Shown here: piece by piece, positions 1-12,482 of the stretch
How positions within the stretch are numbered: the stretch's first letter is position 1
How the letters are laid out: each line of letters opens with the position of its first letter
Source of the DNA: Camelus dromedarius
Lineage: Eukaryota
Assembly (NCBI RefSeq): GCF_036321535.1
Contig: NC_087447.1
Coordinates: 37,202,001-37,266,000, forward strand
DNA length: 64,000 bases
Direction of reading: 5' to 3'
Made by a program: the position numbers and the translations under genes
Notes under the pieces: generated by a model
Database searches by the model: none
What the model saw: only the letters and a program-made list of their open reading frames with translations
Told to the model about the DNA's origin: nothing

Positions 1-799
1 TGGTTGTTTGCCAGACAGAATCAAATTTTCAAATTTTCGCTGTGTTATGTTACAGGGCTTTGCTTGTTACAATCTAATTATATTGGCACTGAAATACCGA
101 AAACCAATTTATATTAGAAAGCACTTTAACTCTTTCTTCGGAGTGCATTTACATGCAGAAGTGTCTGCCACACCATTGGTCTTTTTGTTTTTCCTTGGGG
201 AAATTCCTTCTGGGAAAGAGGTAAAACTAACAGTTCCTTTCTGTTCAAAAGTCTGCTGTTCATGGACCAAAACTCTGAATGCAGCCATTCTCTAGCTGGA
301 AGCACGGGGAAGGAAGGGAGCACGCCTCTCCCATCTCTCTGTGGGCTCCTTCAGGCCTCCCTGCTTGGGGGTGTCACCTGCCCCAGGCCTCCGGAAACCC
401 CTCTCCTGGTGGGTGTCACCTGCTGGCAGACTGTACCTGGCCTTGGACCATTTTACCTCTTTCCGGCCCCTTCTTCCCTTCAGACATATTTTCCAATGCT
501 CTGTTTTTTACTGGGGGCCGATGGATCCTTTGTTCTGAAGACTTTGCCAAGGAGGGACTTGCTGCCTGTAAAAGTTGCTCCAGCAGTGGGACCACCCTCA
601 TCATCCTGCTTTGCCTTTTCAGGCAAAGTGACTACTGCATCTGACCATCAGGGAATTTGTCTAGCCACTCTGTCAGTCTCCTTAGTAATGATCCCAGGAA
701 CGCTGTTCCTTGTCAGATGGTTATCACGGGGAATACAATCTATATCTAAATCATCCAGTATCCTCCCTTTAAAAAGGGGCCCCAACATCCTCCCGGCTC

Positions 800-950
800 T
801 TTTTTTTAAAAGACCTTAGTTTTTAAAGCAGTTTTAGGTTCACAGTAAAATTGAGAGGAAGGTACAGAGATATACTAATGTACCCCCTGCCCTCACGCAT
901 GAAGAGCCTCCCCCTTTATAAACATGTCCCCCAAGAGCAGTATGTTTGTG
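800..950 (-). mobile_element. Old L1 (L1MB/L1MC-like) 3' end fragment
   Basis: T-tract followed by 'gcagttttaggttcacagtaaaattgagaggaaggtacagaga', resembling the reverse complement of an L1M 3' terminus (recalled consensus). Confidence 0.65.
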
Positions 951-2593
951 ACTCTGGCTCCAACTGCACTTCACTCAGACCATGCTCTTGCTCACTCCTG
1001 AACTCCAGCCACAGAGTTTTGTTTTGTTCTGTTCTGTTTTTTCCCAGTTTCTCTTTCCCACTCTTGGGCATCCGTACCCGCTCTTTCCTCTGTCTGCAAT
1101 GCTCTTGGTATTTCTGGCTCCTCACCCTTCACACTTGAAATAAAATGTCACTTCCTTAGAGAGAACTTCCTTTGCCTCTGTTTAACCAGGTACCACCCCT
1201 CCTCCGACCCCGTTTTATGTATTCTGCCTTGTATGTATATGTTTTCTTCCTTTTTATCTCTGCCCTGCTCCTCCCTGAGACTATATGATCCAGGAGGGCA
1301 GAGATTTTGTTTGGGTCACCACTACACTTCTAGTGCCCAGCCCAGTGCCTGGCACAGAGATGGAGATCCATCAGTAAGTGGTGAGGAAAGGGGCAAACGC
1401 ATCCCAGGAAAGGTATATCCTTTGCCTCATAGTGGAGAAGAAGACAAGCGTGCCAGCTCTTTGGACTTGTCTGGCTCTCCCTCTTCCTTCCTTGCTCCAA
1501 CCCTGGGGACCTGCTTCACTGTGCCTGACGCTATAGGGTAGGGCCAGTCTGCCACCCCTGGGCAGGAAGCCAAAACCATGGCAGCTGGCACAGCTGTGGC
1601 TCAGTCTCTCCGTCCCAACTTCTCTGCTGGAGCCTGAACTGCCGACACAGGACCCCCTGTATGAACTGAAAGCCTCACCCTCCACGGCACCTTTCCTGGT
1701 CCTTCCCTGGATGTGGTTCTCATGTGGTGCCCACATGTGCCACCTGACCGGTGAGCTAGTGGCAGCTGAGGACCTGGCAGTAGCCATGTTAGGAAGCAGT
1801 GCCATTGATCTAAGTGAAGGATGAGGTGGTGTGAGGCCAGAAAAGCCCCCATTCAGGGCAGACACTGAGTCACAGAAGGGGATGGATGGGAAACAGACAA
1901 GACCTCCCCTAATGCAGGGAGGTTAGCCGGGCACACACTGCTCCACAGATGTGACCCTGCAGAAACAAGGACACAGGAAACTTGCACCTACCACACTGCT
2001 ATATACGACAGCCACAGAGCTGATATGGGGACTAGTGTAGCTACAGAATCTAAATTCTAACACATCATTGACCAAACGCGTGGAATGAGCTGACCCCTTT
2101 TTGTTCCTTCCTCTAGGATTTTCTCCATAAAAGTGGTATGAGCCTACTTGAGAAGCCCTCCTAGGAGGCAGAATACCAAGGGCCTCTCTCCCCTAATCTG
2201 TGGGTCTCCTGGAATATCCAAGATGCATTAAGGGTTGGAGAGGTGCCCTCTATTCAGAAACGCCAGCCAAAGACCACAGAGCAAGGTAGACCCCTATGCC
2301 CGCTTCCCTGAATAAAGGCCTTGATACACATTTCACAAGCCCCTCCCGGAATCTCTCATTCTGAGAAGCTGGCCTGTTTCCCTCTCACTGCTAACATCTT
2401 TGCCCAAGCTGCTCCTTCTGCCTGGAATGCTCTCCTGCCCGATCCCATTTCTGCTGGTAGAAATTTAACCCCTCCTTCTCAGCCTGATTGAAAAATCACC
2501 TGCTCAAAAGCATATTCTCAGATCCAGCTGGTCAGAATTACACTCTGTCCCCACTGGCCCCATAAGTAGTAAGTGGGTAGTGCTGTTTCCACC

Positions 2594-3253
2594 TGGGATG
2601 TTTATACATCCCAGTTTGCTTGGGACAGTCCCAGTTTACGCCTGTAGTTCCAAAATTTATCAATAACATCTTTTGACTCTCAAAAATGCCCAGTGGAACG
2701 ATAGATTGTGTGGTGTGATGGACACACTCTCCGGTGACTCCTGTTGAGTCATGCCTTTTTCTAATCCTCTCCCCTTCCATGCAGGCATGCATGGTGACTT
2801 GCTTCTGGCCAAGAGAATATGGCAAAGGGGATTGGACAGTCACTCCCTTGATTATGTTACCTTATCTAAGACTCTACCTTGGCGACTAAAGAGAGATATC
2901 CTCCTAAGATATTCTCCCTGAAGAAGTGGGCTGCTGGGATGTGAGCTGCCTATGGAATGAGCCATGGGAATTGTGGGCAGGGACGCTAGGAGCTGAAGGC
3001 CTCCGTCTTCCAGATTCAAGGTACTGAAATCTTCCCACAATCACACGGGCCAGAGGAGGACTCTGAGCTCCAGAAAGGAAAACCACTGACTTCTTGATTT
3101 CAGCCTTCGAGACCCTGAGCAGAGGCCCCAGCTGAGCTGTGCCTGCACTCCCGACCCAAGGACACTGTGAGGTAATAAATGGGTGTTGGTTTAAGCCACT
3201 GAGATTGCGGTCATTTGTTTGTAGCAATCAAAGTGGATACATGTGGTTGCCCC
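2594..3253 (+). mobile_element. MER94-like hAT-Blackjack MITE, interrupted by an MLT1 LTR
   Basis: 'catcccagtttgcttgggacagtcccagtttacgcctgt...ctctcaaaaatg' matches recalled MER94; its terminal bases resume after the LTR at 3242-3253. Confidence 0.7.
2714..3241 (+). mobile_element. MaLR solo LTR (MLT1E/F-like)
   Basis: TG...CA termini, exact 5-bp TSD TGTGG (2709-2713 / 3242-3246), AATAAA near 3174, typical MLT1 3' end 'gtttaagccactgag...tttgtt...gcaa...ataca'. Confidence 0.85.
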
Positions 3254-3439
3254 AGATATAACACTAACCAAGTGCTCAAACAGCTTTGACAGACTGGTCA
3301 AGACAAATCTCCTCGACAGACTGGTATTTTCTTTAAGTTAAGGTGCATATCTTATCCATCGCTTTAGTTTCCCTACATTCACAGAGCACTGACTAACACC
3401 CTTTCAGGTACCACACCAGGTAGCACAGCACAGGACTGT

Positions 3440-3660
3440 TCAACAGAGAAAGGTCTCTGGCATCAGTGTCCATGTTTGAATCCCAGGTCCATCACTTACT
3501 AGCTATGCAACTTTAAACAAATTACTTAATCTCTCAGGTCCTCAGTTTTCTCATCTGCAAAATGGGATTACAAAACAGTGCTTTCCTCAGGTAAGACTGT
3601 TGTGAGGATAAACTGAGTTAATGCAAAGTGCTCAGAACACTTGGCCCACAGTGCTGTGTA
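3440..3660 (+). mobile_element. MIR SINE
   Basis: MIR core 'ttacttaatctctc...cctcagttttctcatctgcaaaatggg...ttgtgaggataaa'. Confidence 0.75.
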
Positions 3661-5139
3661 CATTTGGTATTCCTTGTATTCTGTGCTTCATTTAATCCTT
3701 ATGTCAAATCTGTTATGAATATCTCTGTTTACAGATGAAGAAACTGATGTTCAGAGATGTTAAGTAACTTTCTCAAAATTACACAGCAAGGAAGCCAAGA
3801 CACTCAAACGAAATCCATAGGTACTAGTTCCCATACTGTCCATGCTTGTATCTTTCTTGTGGATGTACATTTTGGAAAAAAAAAAATCAAAACCCAAAGG
3901 GAACTTTTCCCAGAATTCCATAGTGGATTCCCTAAGAACCAGGACACAAACATACAGATGTCAAGTTCTGCTAAGGCTCATGTTCTGGATCCACCCCTTC
4001 AGGCATGGATGGGTTTCTGGAAGTGCAGGCCAACAGTTTAGACAGTTTAGCAGGACATGGTGACCCGTAAATGAGCTCCAGGGCCCATTAAGCTGACACG
4101 CCACCTGACAAATGACAGGGACTTGTAGCCAATTCCAGTCTCCTAAAAATTGGATGTGTACATAGTGCAGATTATCGGGATCCATAGATAATATGCTACC
4201 TGCTCACTTTTAATGTGTTTGTGAACACTCATGAGAAGCACATTAATTGTAAGTGTCTGTAAGCTTACTGTGTTATAAACCAAGCCTGACAACACAACAG
4301 GCACCAATGAGAGGAAGTGTCCCCTCCCCCAGCCAATGCTGAGTGGAGAGGGGCTGGAGTGCAGATCAGCACAGGGATAATTGACAAGATCGCTGGGATG
4401 CTCACAAGCCCCTGTCTGAGAAGTTCTGCGTCCCTGTCCTTAGGTAACCACAGAGATATAAGCTGCTGTGATAAGGGTGATGCTAACTGCGTTTACCATG
4501 GTGGGGTGATGGGGTCAGGCACCCAGGCTCAGTAATCAGGGAAATCTGTGAAGGCCATGGCCTGACAAGCCTGAAATCCATTTGCTATTCTCTGCTTGGA
4601 ATGCCCTTGCTCCTTCTGTAGCCTGGAGGGTTCCAGCTCTTCTTCAAAGAGGAGTCAGTTCCTCCTTGAAGCTTTCTCTAACTTTGCCAGAGAAAACATG
4701 TCCCCTTCTACTCTCTGAGAACCCCTTGTGCATTTTTCTGGAAAAGCTCTAATTAAGTGGGTATCTGAAATGCCTGCCCCTTTCTCCATACCCAAGTGAG
4801 TGCAGAACTCGAAACTTCTTTATGCATGCACTCAGAAAGAAAAATTTTTAGGGCTGCACTACTCAAACAAAAGCATCCCTGAGCAATGCAGATGTTGTGA
4901 ATAATATGGGGGCCAAGCAGAAGGAATCACATGATTCAAAGGCCACCTCCCTTCCTACCAGGCTTTTCAAATATTCATTCACTTATTTATTTTAACAACG
5001 GTGAATTTCTAGGGGAAATTACCTTACTAAAGACTAAAATGATATACTTCTATTGATCTTGTTGTATGTATTCGGACATGTATTACAGTAGATGTGGACC
5101 CCAGAGAGGTAAAACATCCACACATGTAATAGGTACACA

Positions 5140-5580
5140 ATTGTATCCCTTACTGCAGGCTAAACTGCTGCAACAAATAGAACCAAACAACACATAATGG
5201 CTTAAACACACTGTGACCTTATTCCACACTCACCTGGTGCTCCTAAGTAGGTGTCCAGGCTGTGTGGTAGTCAGCTTTCTCCCATGCAGCAATTCAGGGA
5301 TCCAGCCTTTTTCCACATCAAGCTCTGTTATCTGGTGGGTATGGTCCTTGTCTACAATGAAACAGCAGAAACAGAAAGAGTATGGAGTGGGCCAGATGGG
5401 AGGTTTCATTGTTCAAGCCTGAAAATGACAAACATATGACTTGCATTCATATCCTGCTGGCTAGAACTTAGTTACATAGTCATGCCCAACTATAAAGGGC
5501 AGCTGGGAAGTGTCATTTGATGTGTGCCCAGGAAGAAGAGGCAGTGGATTTTAGTGGAGAGCAAGCAGTCTGTGCCACAT
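5140..5580 (-). mobile_element. Old MaLR LTR (MLT1I/J/K-like)
   Basis: 'ataatggcttaaacac', 'ggctagaacttagttaca', 'gctgggaagtgt...tgtgtgcccaggaagaagagg' motifs typical of reverse-oriented MLT1I-K. Confidence 0.6.
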
Positions 5581-6439
5581 CGATCTAAAGTTAGTTCCCT
5601 CTCTTGTCTCCCCTCCTCATATTCTGCAGAGGACATAGTTCACAACTGTGCTGGGGTGCACACAACCCCTCCCACAGGTATTCCTCTTATTTGAGGTATT
5701 TCTGAAGAGCTTCAAGTTTCCAGGTATTTTTTATATTTGACCATGTATTTCCCCCTTACTTCCATAATGACTTTGGAGATATGTTACTAAACACAGAATG
5801 CAGGTCTGACTTATGAATTCTTACATTTATACCAAGTAGCATCCCAACTTTGACAGTAGAATTTGATTCCTCCCACCCAAACCCTGCTGTAAGTTACTAA
5901 ATATACAATTGGTTTCTATGACTTTGCACATTGATTTCAATAAATTAATGTGTTAAAACACAGCACTCACAAATAGCCATTTCCCCACCCCAGGGGGCTT
6001 GACTTATCCATCTGCCACAACTGCTTGGTCTTGGTGCTAGCAGGTAGCAAGAACCCCTAACTGCAAGAGCCTCTAGAAGACACTAATTCAGATACTTCTA
6101 GGCAATGCCTTTGACAGGTTAGATGCTTACTGTCTTCCTAAATGAAGTTTCTGGATAATGGGCCATTTGGTGGTATGTCTATTTGGCCAAATATTTGCCG
6201 AGCTCAGTGAGCAGGGCTTCTGCAACTGCTGCAGAAAGTGACTGCCACGATGTACTCAGACTTGGGTTTCCCGGAACATGGCTGCTCTCTCCTCTTCATG
6301 ATTATGTTCAATGTAAGACTAACCTATTTTAAAGCCTTTTCAGCTATTGTCACATCTGCCTGAGAAAGTTAATGAACAATAGGGATAAGCTGAAGGGAAA
6401 TATTAGCTCTTTGTTTTATGATTAATTAAAAATGCTTCC

Positions 6440-6910
6440 AGATGAATATTATAGAATGATCAACTAAAAACTGGCTTAAAATATGCATTCAGCTCACATA
6501 AGAAAAAAATTATGACACAAGGCTTTGGGTCACCTTCTCTGCAATTCCTTGGCTTTCTCCTCATGGTCACAAAGTGGCTGCTGCAGTACCATGCATCACA
6601 TCCTCATATATCATCTAGGACAGAATGTGAGGAATAGACCTTTCCCTTGATGTTTTCTCTCTCTTTTAATCAAAATGGTTTTCTGCACACTCACTGTAGC
6701 ACATTGCTCCTTAAGTCTAATCCTTTGTTTCTAGATCAATCACTACCTTATGGGAATGGAATTAGCATCATTAGTTTAGAATTAGAAGGATTCAAGTTCT
6801 GGGGATGAATATATTGCCATAAATTTTGTCTGTTACCTGAAATTTAGATCCTGTTAGAAAGAAGAAGCAGGGATCATGAGTAGCTAAGCAATCAATGGTA
6901 TCTTCCACAT
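6440..6910 (-). mobile_element. Old MaLR LTR (MLT1K/L-like)
   Basis: 'aactggcttaaa', 'ctcatggtcacaaagtggctgctgcag', 'ctgttagaaagaagaag' motifs. Confidence 0.5.
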
Positions 6911-7079
6911 TCCTCAAAGAGTGTTTAGTTTTTTTCATTGTACTAAGTCAGACTGAGAGAAAACACTATTCCTGAATATCATCACTTGTGTCTACTCATA
7001 TAAAAGCTTTTTATAAAACTATGCTTTATTATAATCTCACCTTCTACTGAAGCATTTATTTTCATTGCTAAATTAACAA

Positions 7080-7325
7080 CTATAATTATTGAGTGTTGGA
7101 TATGTGTTCAGCACAATATTAAGTGATTTAAGTGCATCATCTGATTAAAGTCACCAATAAACACGATGAAGTTGGCACTGAAAGATCTTCATTTTGCAGA
7201 TGAGGAAACTGAATGGTTAAAAGCCTTTGGTTTAAGCTCCCACACATGGTAAGTGGTGGAAGCTAAATTTGAACCCAAGTCTTCTGGCTTCAGAGTCTGA
7301 GTTCTTAATCATTATACTATTGGCT
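7080..7325 (-). mobile_element. MIR SINE
   Basis: 'cattttgcagatgaggaaactga...ggtaagtggtggagct...tttgaacccaag'. Confidence 0.75.
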
Positions 7326-7664
7326 TTGTTTCCTACATTTCTAAGTGTCCTTTAAAAATATACTCCTCTGACAAATTCACAGACCTCAAGACTTGAAAAA
7401 CTTGTCCCTACTAGGCCTTCTATAAGAAAATTAAAGCAATATACCTAATATGATTTTTGGTTTCTAGGAGGTTCAGAGGTATCTTTGCATTCATCTGCAT
7501 AATTTTCTTCAGTCAGAGATTCTTTATAAACTTTTTCTCTTCCCTTCTCTTGCCTTTATTTTTTAATGCTTAACTTGCCTTTTGCAAATCTTTAATCCTA
7601 ATATGTCTATGCTTTCAGAAGCCATTTTGGAGGAAAAGGGTAATGTAAACAAATCTAATGGTTA

Positions 7665-7890
7665 AGGAGTGAAAAGCACTGATGTCCAGAACTTACTTTG
7701 AAATGCATCACAAAATAAGTTAAAATTTTTGTATGGATAGAGGAATGGATGAATGGACAGGTAAATATGTGATAAATAAAATGTTGTAAAATGTTAACTA
7801 TAAAATCCAAGTTGTAGATATATGGGTTCCACTGCACCATTCTTTCAGCTTTTCTGTGTTGAAAATGTTCATCGTAAAATGTTGGGAAAC
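7665..7890 (+). mobile_element. Old L1 (L1MC4/L1ME-like) 3' end
   Basis: 'aacttactttgaaatgcatca...gttcactgcaccattctttcagcttttctg...tgaaaatgttcatcgtaaaatgttgggaaa'. Confidence 0.7.
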
Positions 7891-9651
7891 AAGAATCTAG
7901 ATTCATTTTTATAAAATAATCTCATAAAAGGATAATTCTTCTTAAGTAACAAGAAGTAAGCAGAGGCCAAGGAATGGATCGTTATGTATACCAGGCTAAG
8001 AAATTGTGACTTAATTCAAGTTAATGGAGAGATCCTGGAGAATTTTAATAGGGGACTAAGATGTAAGATAGGCCTGGTGCCATGGAGGAGGCGTGGGTTG
8101 GAGGAGGTGTGCGTGGGAGCAGAGTAGAGGCAGAGAAACCAGTCAACAGCTGCTGTAATTGTCTAGATGACGGTGAGATGATAGTGTCTGAGCAAAGAAG
8201 GTCACAGGGAGACAGGTGAATTCAGAAAAGAAAAAAATGAGAGAGAGAGAAATAAGGAAGACTTGACACCCGAAGACATGTGGGGACACAGGGATATGTA
8301 GTAGGACTCCAGCTTCTGACTTGGGGCAGTGGGAGTGGTGAGGCCATTCTCCAGGATGCGGGCACAGGTGGAGCCTTGCTGCCGAGCGGGCAGCACAGGG
8401 AGGTGCCCATCCCCATCACAGATCCACTTCCTCTCTGGATCCCCACCCTGGCCTGGGGCCTGTGGAAGTGCTAGATTTCTCCTGCATAGGTATTTTTTCC
8501 TGCTTCCAAGTGCAGTGAATCTGCGCTCTGCCCTCCTCTACAGGCAGAGCCTGCCGAGAAAGAGCCCTACAAGTGGTTTCTGAAATGCTTTCCAAGACAT
8601 CTGGAGCACAGGCTGGGGGAATGCCCCCCGATGCAGGCCCAGCTCTGACTCCTGGGTCCCAGGATTCATACCCCTTGTCTGCTGTCTCTAAGATGCAAAC
8701 CCTGGGCTTCCTCACTTTATTATGAAATTAAAATTGTTTCCAAGGACCTCAAAGGGGGAAAATGAAATTGTTTTCAGCTTTGATTGCGGTCATAATAAAA
8801 TAGCTATTTAGGGGGGATTGTGTTATTCTTGGATAAATGAGGAGCAAAAATACTTTTTTACAGTTTGGCATAAAGACAGCAATAGGACTTTTCACAAGAC
8901 AAACACAATCGATGATTCAGGGAAGATGAGGGCATCTATATTTGTTCCTCCTTGGACACCATGCGCAGCAGGATATTTGGTCTCCACAAATTGAGGAAGT
9001 GGCAAGGCAGAGTCTAGTTTGCTCTTGCCATTCTACCAGATCCCTCCAGAGGTTAAGCCCTGGTAGCTGGCCTCTGAGGGTCCTGCAGGCTGGACAGTGA
9101 GTCCCTCTCATTTACCACACCCTGTGCGTCGTCTATGCACCTCCTTCCCAGCTTCCTTGTTGAAATTAGTTTCTGGAGCTGAAAGCATATTCCGCTCACA
9201 TACGTAGAGCACTGACCACATCCCCTAAGCGTGAGCAGAACCTTCTTACGTGTCACCGCTGTGAAGTAAGGAATGACATTCTTGTTTTCCAAATGGGAAA
9301 GCTAAGACTCAGAGAGGCAAAATGACCTGCCCCAGGCCTTACAGCTGGTGAGTACAGATTCCTCTAAAGTTCTTTCCTCTAGTCCAAGATGCCTCTTCTC
9401 CCCTTGGGATCCAGGCCTTTGGTGGGCACCACCTGCTGACACTGTCCAGTGGAAATCATGCAGGGTTTAGTGACCACACCCTGGGACCTTGGGAAAGTCA
9501 CACTGAGACTTTTTGCATCTTGGTGTTCTCATTGGTAGGAAGGGGAGAAATCAGTTCAACCACAGAGGATTGGACTTTGTAAGAACTAATTGTTAGAGCA
9601 TATATAAAATGTCTCAGAACAATTTAGTTCCTTAATAAGATATTTTTTAGC

Positions 9652-9928
9652 AGGGGAAAAGGGGTGGGAAGGGATAAATTTGGGAGTCTGAGATTTGCAA
9701 ATGTTAGCCACTATATATAAAAATAGATTTAAACAATTTTCTTCTGTATAGCACGGGGAGCTATATTCAATATCTTGTAATAACCTTTAATGAAAAAGAA
9801 TATGAAAACAAATATGTGTATATATATGCATGACTGGGACATTGTGCTGTACACCAGAAATGGACACATCGTAACTGATTGTACCTCAATAAAAACAATA
9901 AAATGAAAAAAATTTAAAAATAAAAAAA
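9652..9928 (+). mobile_element. Lineage-specific L1 3' UTR fragment with A-rich tail
   Basis: G-rich start 'ggggtgggaagggataaatttgggag', terminus 'gtaactgattgtacctcAATAAA' (9888) then A-rich tail; similar to other L1 3' ends in this window. Confidence 0.85.
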
Positions 9929-11639
9929 GGTAGAGGAAGCATAGGATAATGAACAGGGTTGAAGGACGGTAAACTTCATTCTGGATATTGTTTAACTATT
10001 GCATGAAAGTGTGAATTTTACATAATCAATATTTAGAAAATAAATTGTTGGTAATTTTCCAAAAAAAAAAAAAAAGGAGATATCTTTCAGCTTGTTCTAG
10101 AATGACATAATGCCTTAACTCTAATGAAGATGAAACAAAAAAGATTTAAAAAATGGTACTTAAGGAAGGCAACTCCCATATGATACCCTGGCACAGGAAG
10201 TGGGGGTACTTCGGGTGCAATGAATTTGGAGTAACCTAACAAATCCCACTGTGTGTTGAAGCCATCCGCTTACTCTATGTGATGGATCACCATACGCTCT
10301 CCTGTCATTCTGGGCTTCACCTTGTGCCCAAAGGCAGGAAACAGCAGAGGCACTTCCTTCTTTCATCCTGAGGACAAAAGCACAGCTTAGTCTGTTTCAA
10401 AGTACAGTACGTACTATTAGACCACTTCCAAAAGTCAGTCTTTAAATCAGAGTGGTATTCACCTCCCAAAATGATCTAAGAGAGTAAGTGTTTTTGCCAC
10501 TGACCATTGGTTTTAAAGGAAGGTTGGATTTTTAGTCCCCTGAGTTTGCAAGATATCATCTGTGTCTAGGAGTCTCTGAACTGCTCCCTTCCGAGCGCCT
10601 GCTTGAAGACCCATGCCAGCCTCTCCACCTTGTTTCTAGGAGGAAAGAAGGCAGCAGGAACTAAGGCAGTGCCCAAACAGCTCAGTGTTTTCCTCTGTGC
10701 CCATTTACCTCTCTGTTCACCATCGGTGACTCAGATTTGGATCAAGCTGGGAATCCTTGGGAACAGGCTGCCTCCGATTGCTCAGCCCTGGCTTGCCCAG
10801 GCCTGGTTTCAAACCTCTTAGACTGAAGCTGATGACAAATTACATCAGCTCCCTTGAGCTGTCTTTTAAGTCTACACATTTTAAGGCCTGGCTTGGAGAC
10901 TTCACTGAGCATAAAGTATTTGAGATCTTTGATTTTCCAACAATAAATAAATCAGAAATGAGAGTAAGAGCTGCTGAAATCTCAAAAAATCTGCCCCTAG
11001 TTTATCGCAAATCTCTTTATATATTCAGATGCTTTGGCTATACATTAAAGTCTTTGACCCATATTTATGGTTTTGAACATTGCTTTAGCTCTTTACTAAT
11101 GTGTCAATAATTGGCAGGGGAATGGGAAGGGATCCACTTTAGCTGATGCCCCAACTGCTGGCTTCTCTCGGCAATAATTCCTGATGCTTGTGAGGAATCA
11201 AAAGCATTGTAGAAAAATCCACACATTTTTCTTATGTGTCCTGGGAACTCAGAAGCCCTTGGACAGGTAAAATGATCCTTGCCACCATCATCAGAAGGCA
11301 AGGGAGGTGATACGGGCCCTCCCCTGTTAAACAGGGTGAGGAGGGTTGGATGGAGATGCAGGAAGAGGTTGCTCATGGGGACATCAGGAGGCCCACCTTC
11401 CTCTCAATATCTTCTCTTGCATCCCGACTGAATTCAATATTGTGGCCTTCGTTATGCTGGACCCTCAGTGAGTAGGTGAGTCAGGGGCACATGAAGGCAC
11501 AAAAAGGTGGAAATTGGGGTGGGAGCAGAAATGATGGAGAGATGTGATGGACAAACTTTACCACCCTCAAGGCTGGCTTGCTGATTGGAATTATGACACT
11601 GTTCCAGGATCACTGGAAAAGCAGGATACATGCAGATCA

Positions 11640-11835
11640 GGGACCCTAGGATACAGAGGAGATGACAAACCAGGCCATGAGAAAGAGCTGAAGAGCTCAG
11701 AACTGTTTAGTGTGGAAGAAAAGATGGCACAGGGGCAATGAGAGCTGCTTGTTCATATCTGAAGGGTGAATATGTGGAAGACTTGCTCTTCGTGGTCAGA
11801 GAAATGAAAACTAGAAAGATACAAAGGAAAATATT
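11640..11835 (+). mobile_element. CR1/L3 LINE remnant
   Basis: 'ctgtttagtgtggaagaaaaga...tcatatctgaaggg' resembles the L3 3' region. Confidence 0.45.
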
Positions 11836-11848
11836 CCCACAACATTTT

Positions 11849-12482
11849 TTTTATTGACGTATAGTCAATTTGCAATGTTGTGTTAATTTCTGGTGTACAG
11901 CGTAGTGATTCGTTTATATATATATATATATATGTATATTTCTTTTCATATTCTCTTTCACTATAAGCTAGTACAATGTATTGAATATAGTTCCCTGTGT
12001 TATGCAGTAGGCCTTGTTGTTTATTTATTTTATATATAGTAGTTAGTATCTGCAAATCTGAAACTCCCAATTTATCCCTTCCCACCCCCTTTCCTCCCTG
12101 GTAACCATAAGTTGTTCTCTATGTCTGTGAGTCTGTCTCTATTTTGTAAATAAGTTCCCTGGTGTCTTTTTTTTTTTTTTTTTTTAGATTCCACACATAA
12201 GTGATATCATATGGTGTTTTTCTGTCTCTTTCTGGCTTATTTCACTTAGTATAACGATCTCCAGGTCCATCCATGTTGTTGCAAATGACATTATTTTATT
12301 CTTTTTTTATGGCTGAGTAGTATCCCATTGTATATATATACCAAATCTTCTTTATCAAGTTATCTGTTGATGGACATTTAGGTTGCTTCTCTGTCTTAGC
12401 TATTGTATATAATGCTGCTATGAAAATTGGGGTCCATGTATCTTTTTTAATTAGAGCTTCCTGCGGATATATGCTCAGGAGT
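11849..12482 (-). mobile_element. 5'-truncated lineage-specific L1 (ORF2 C-terminus plus 3' UTR)
   Basis: Minus-strand translation '[29 protein letters not shown]' is L1 ORF2 C-terminus; exact 12-bp TSD CCACAACATTTT (11837-11848 / 12483-12494) ending at a TTTT/AA endonuclease site. Confidence 0.92.

Noticed and set aside
262..819. 185-aa ORF on the + strand
   Set aside because: No recognisable domain, composition typical of translated non-coding DNA, and it runs into an L1 T-tract.
6268..6276. Perfect STAT/GAS motif TTCCCGGAA
   Set aside because: A single 9-mer with no supporting cluster; plausible by chance in 64 kb.
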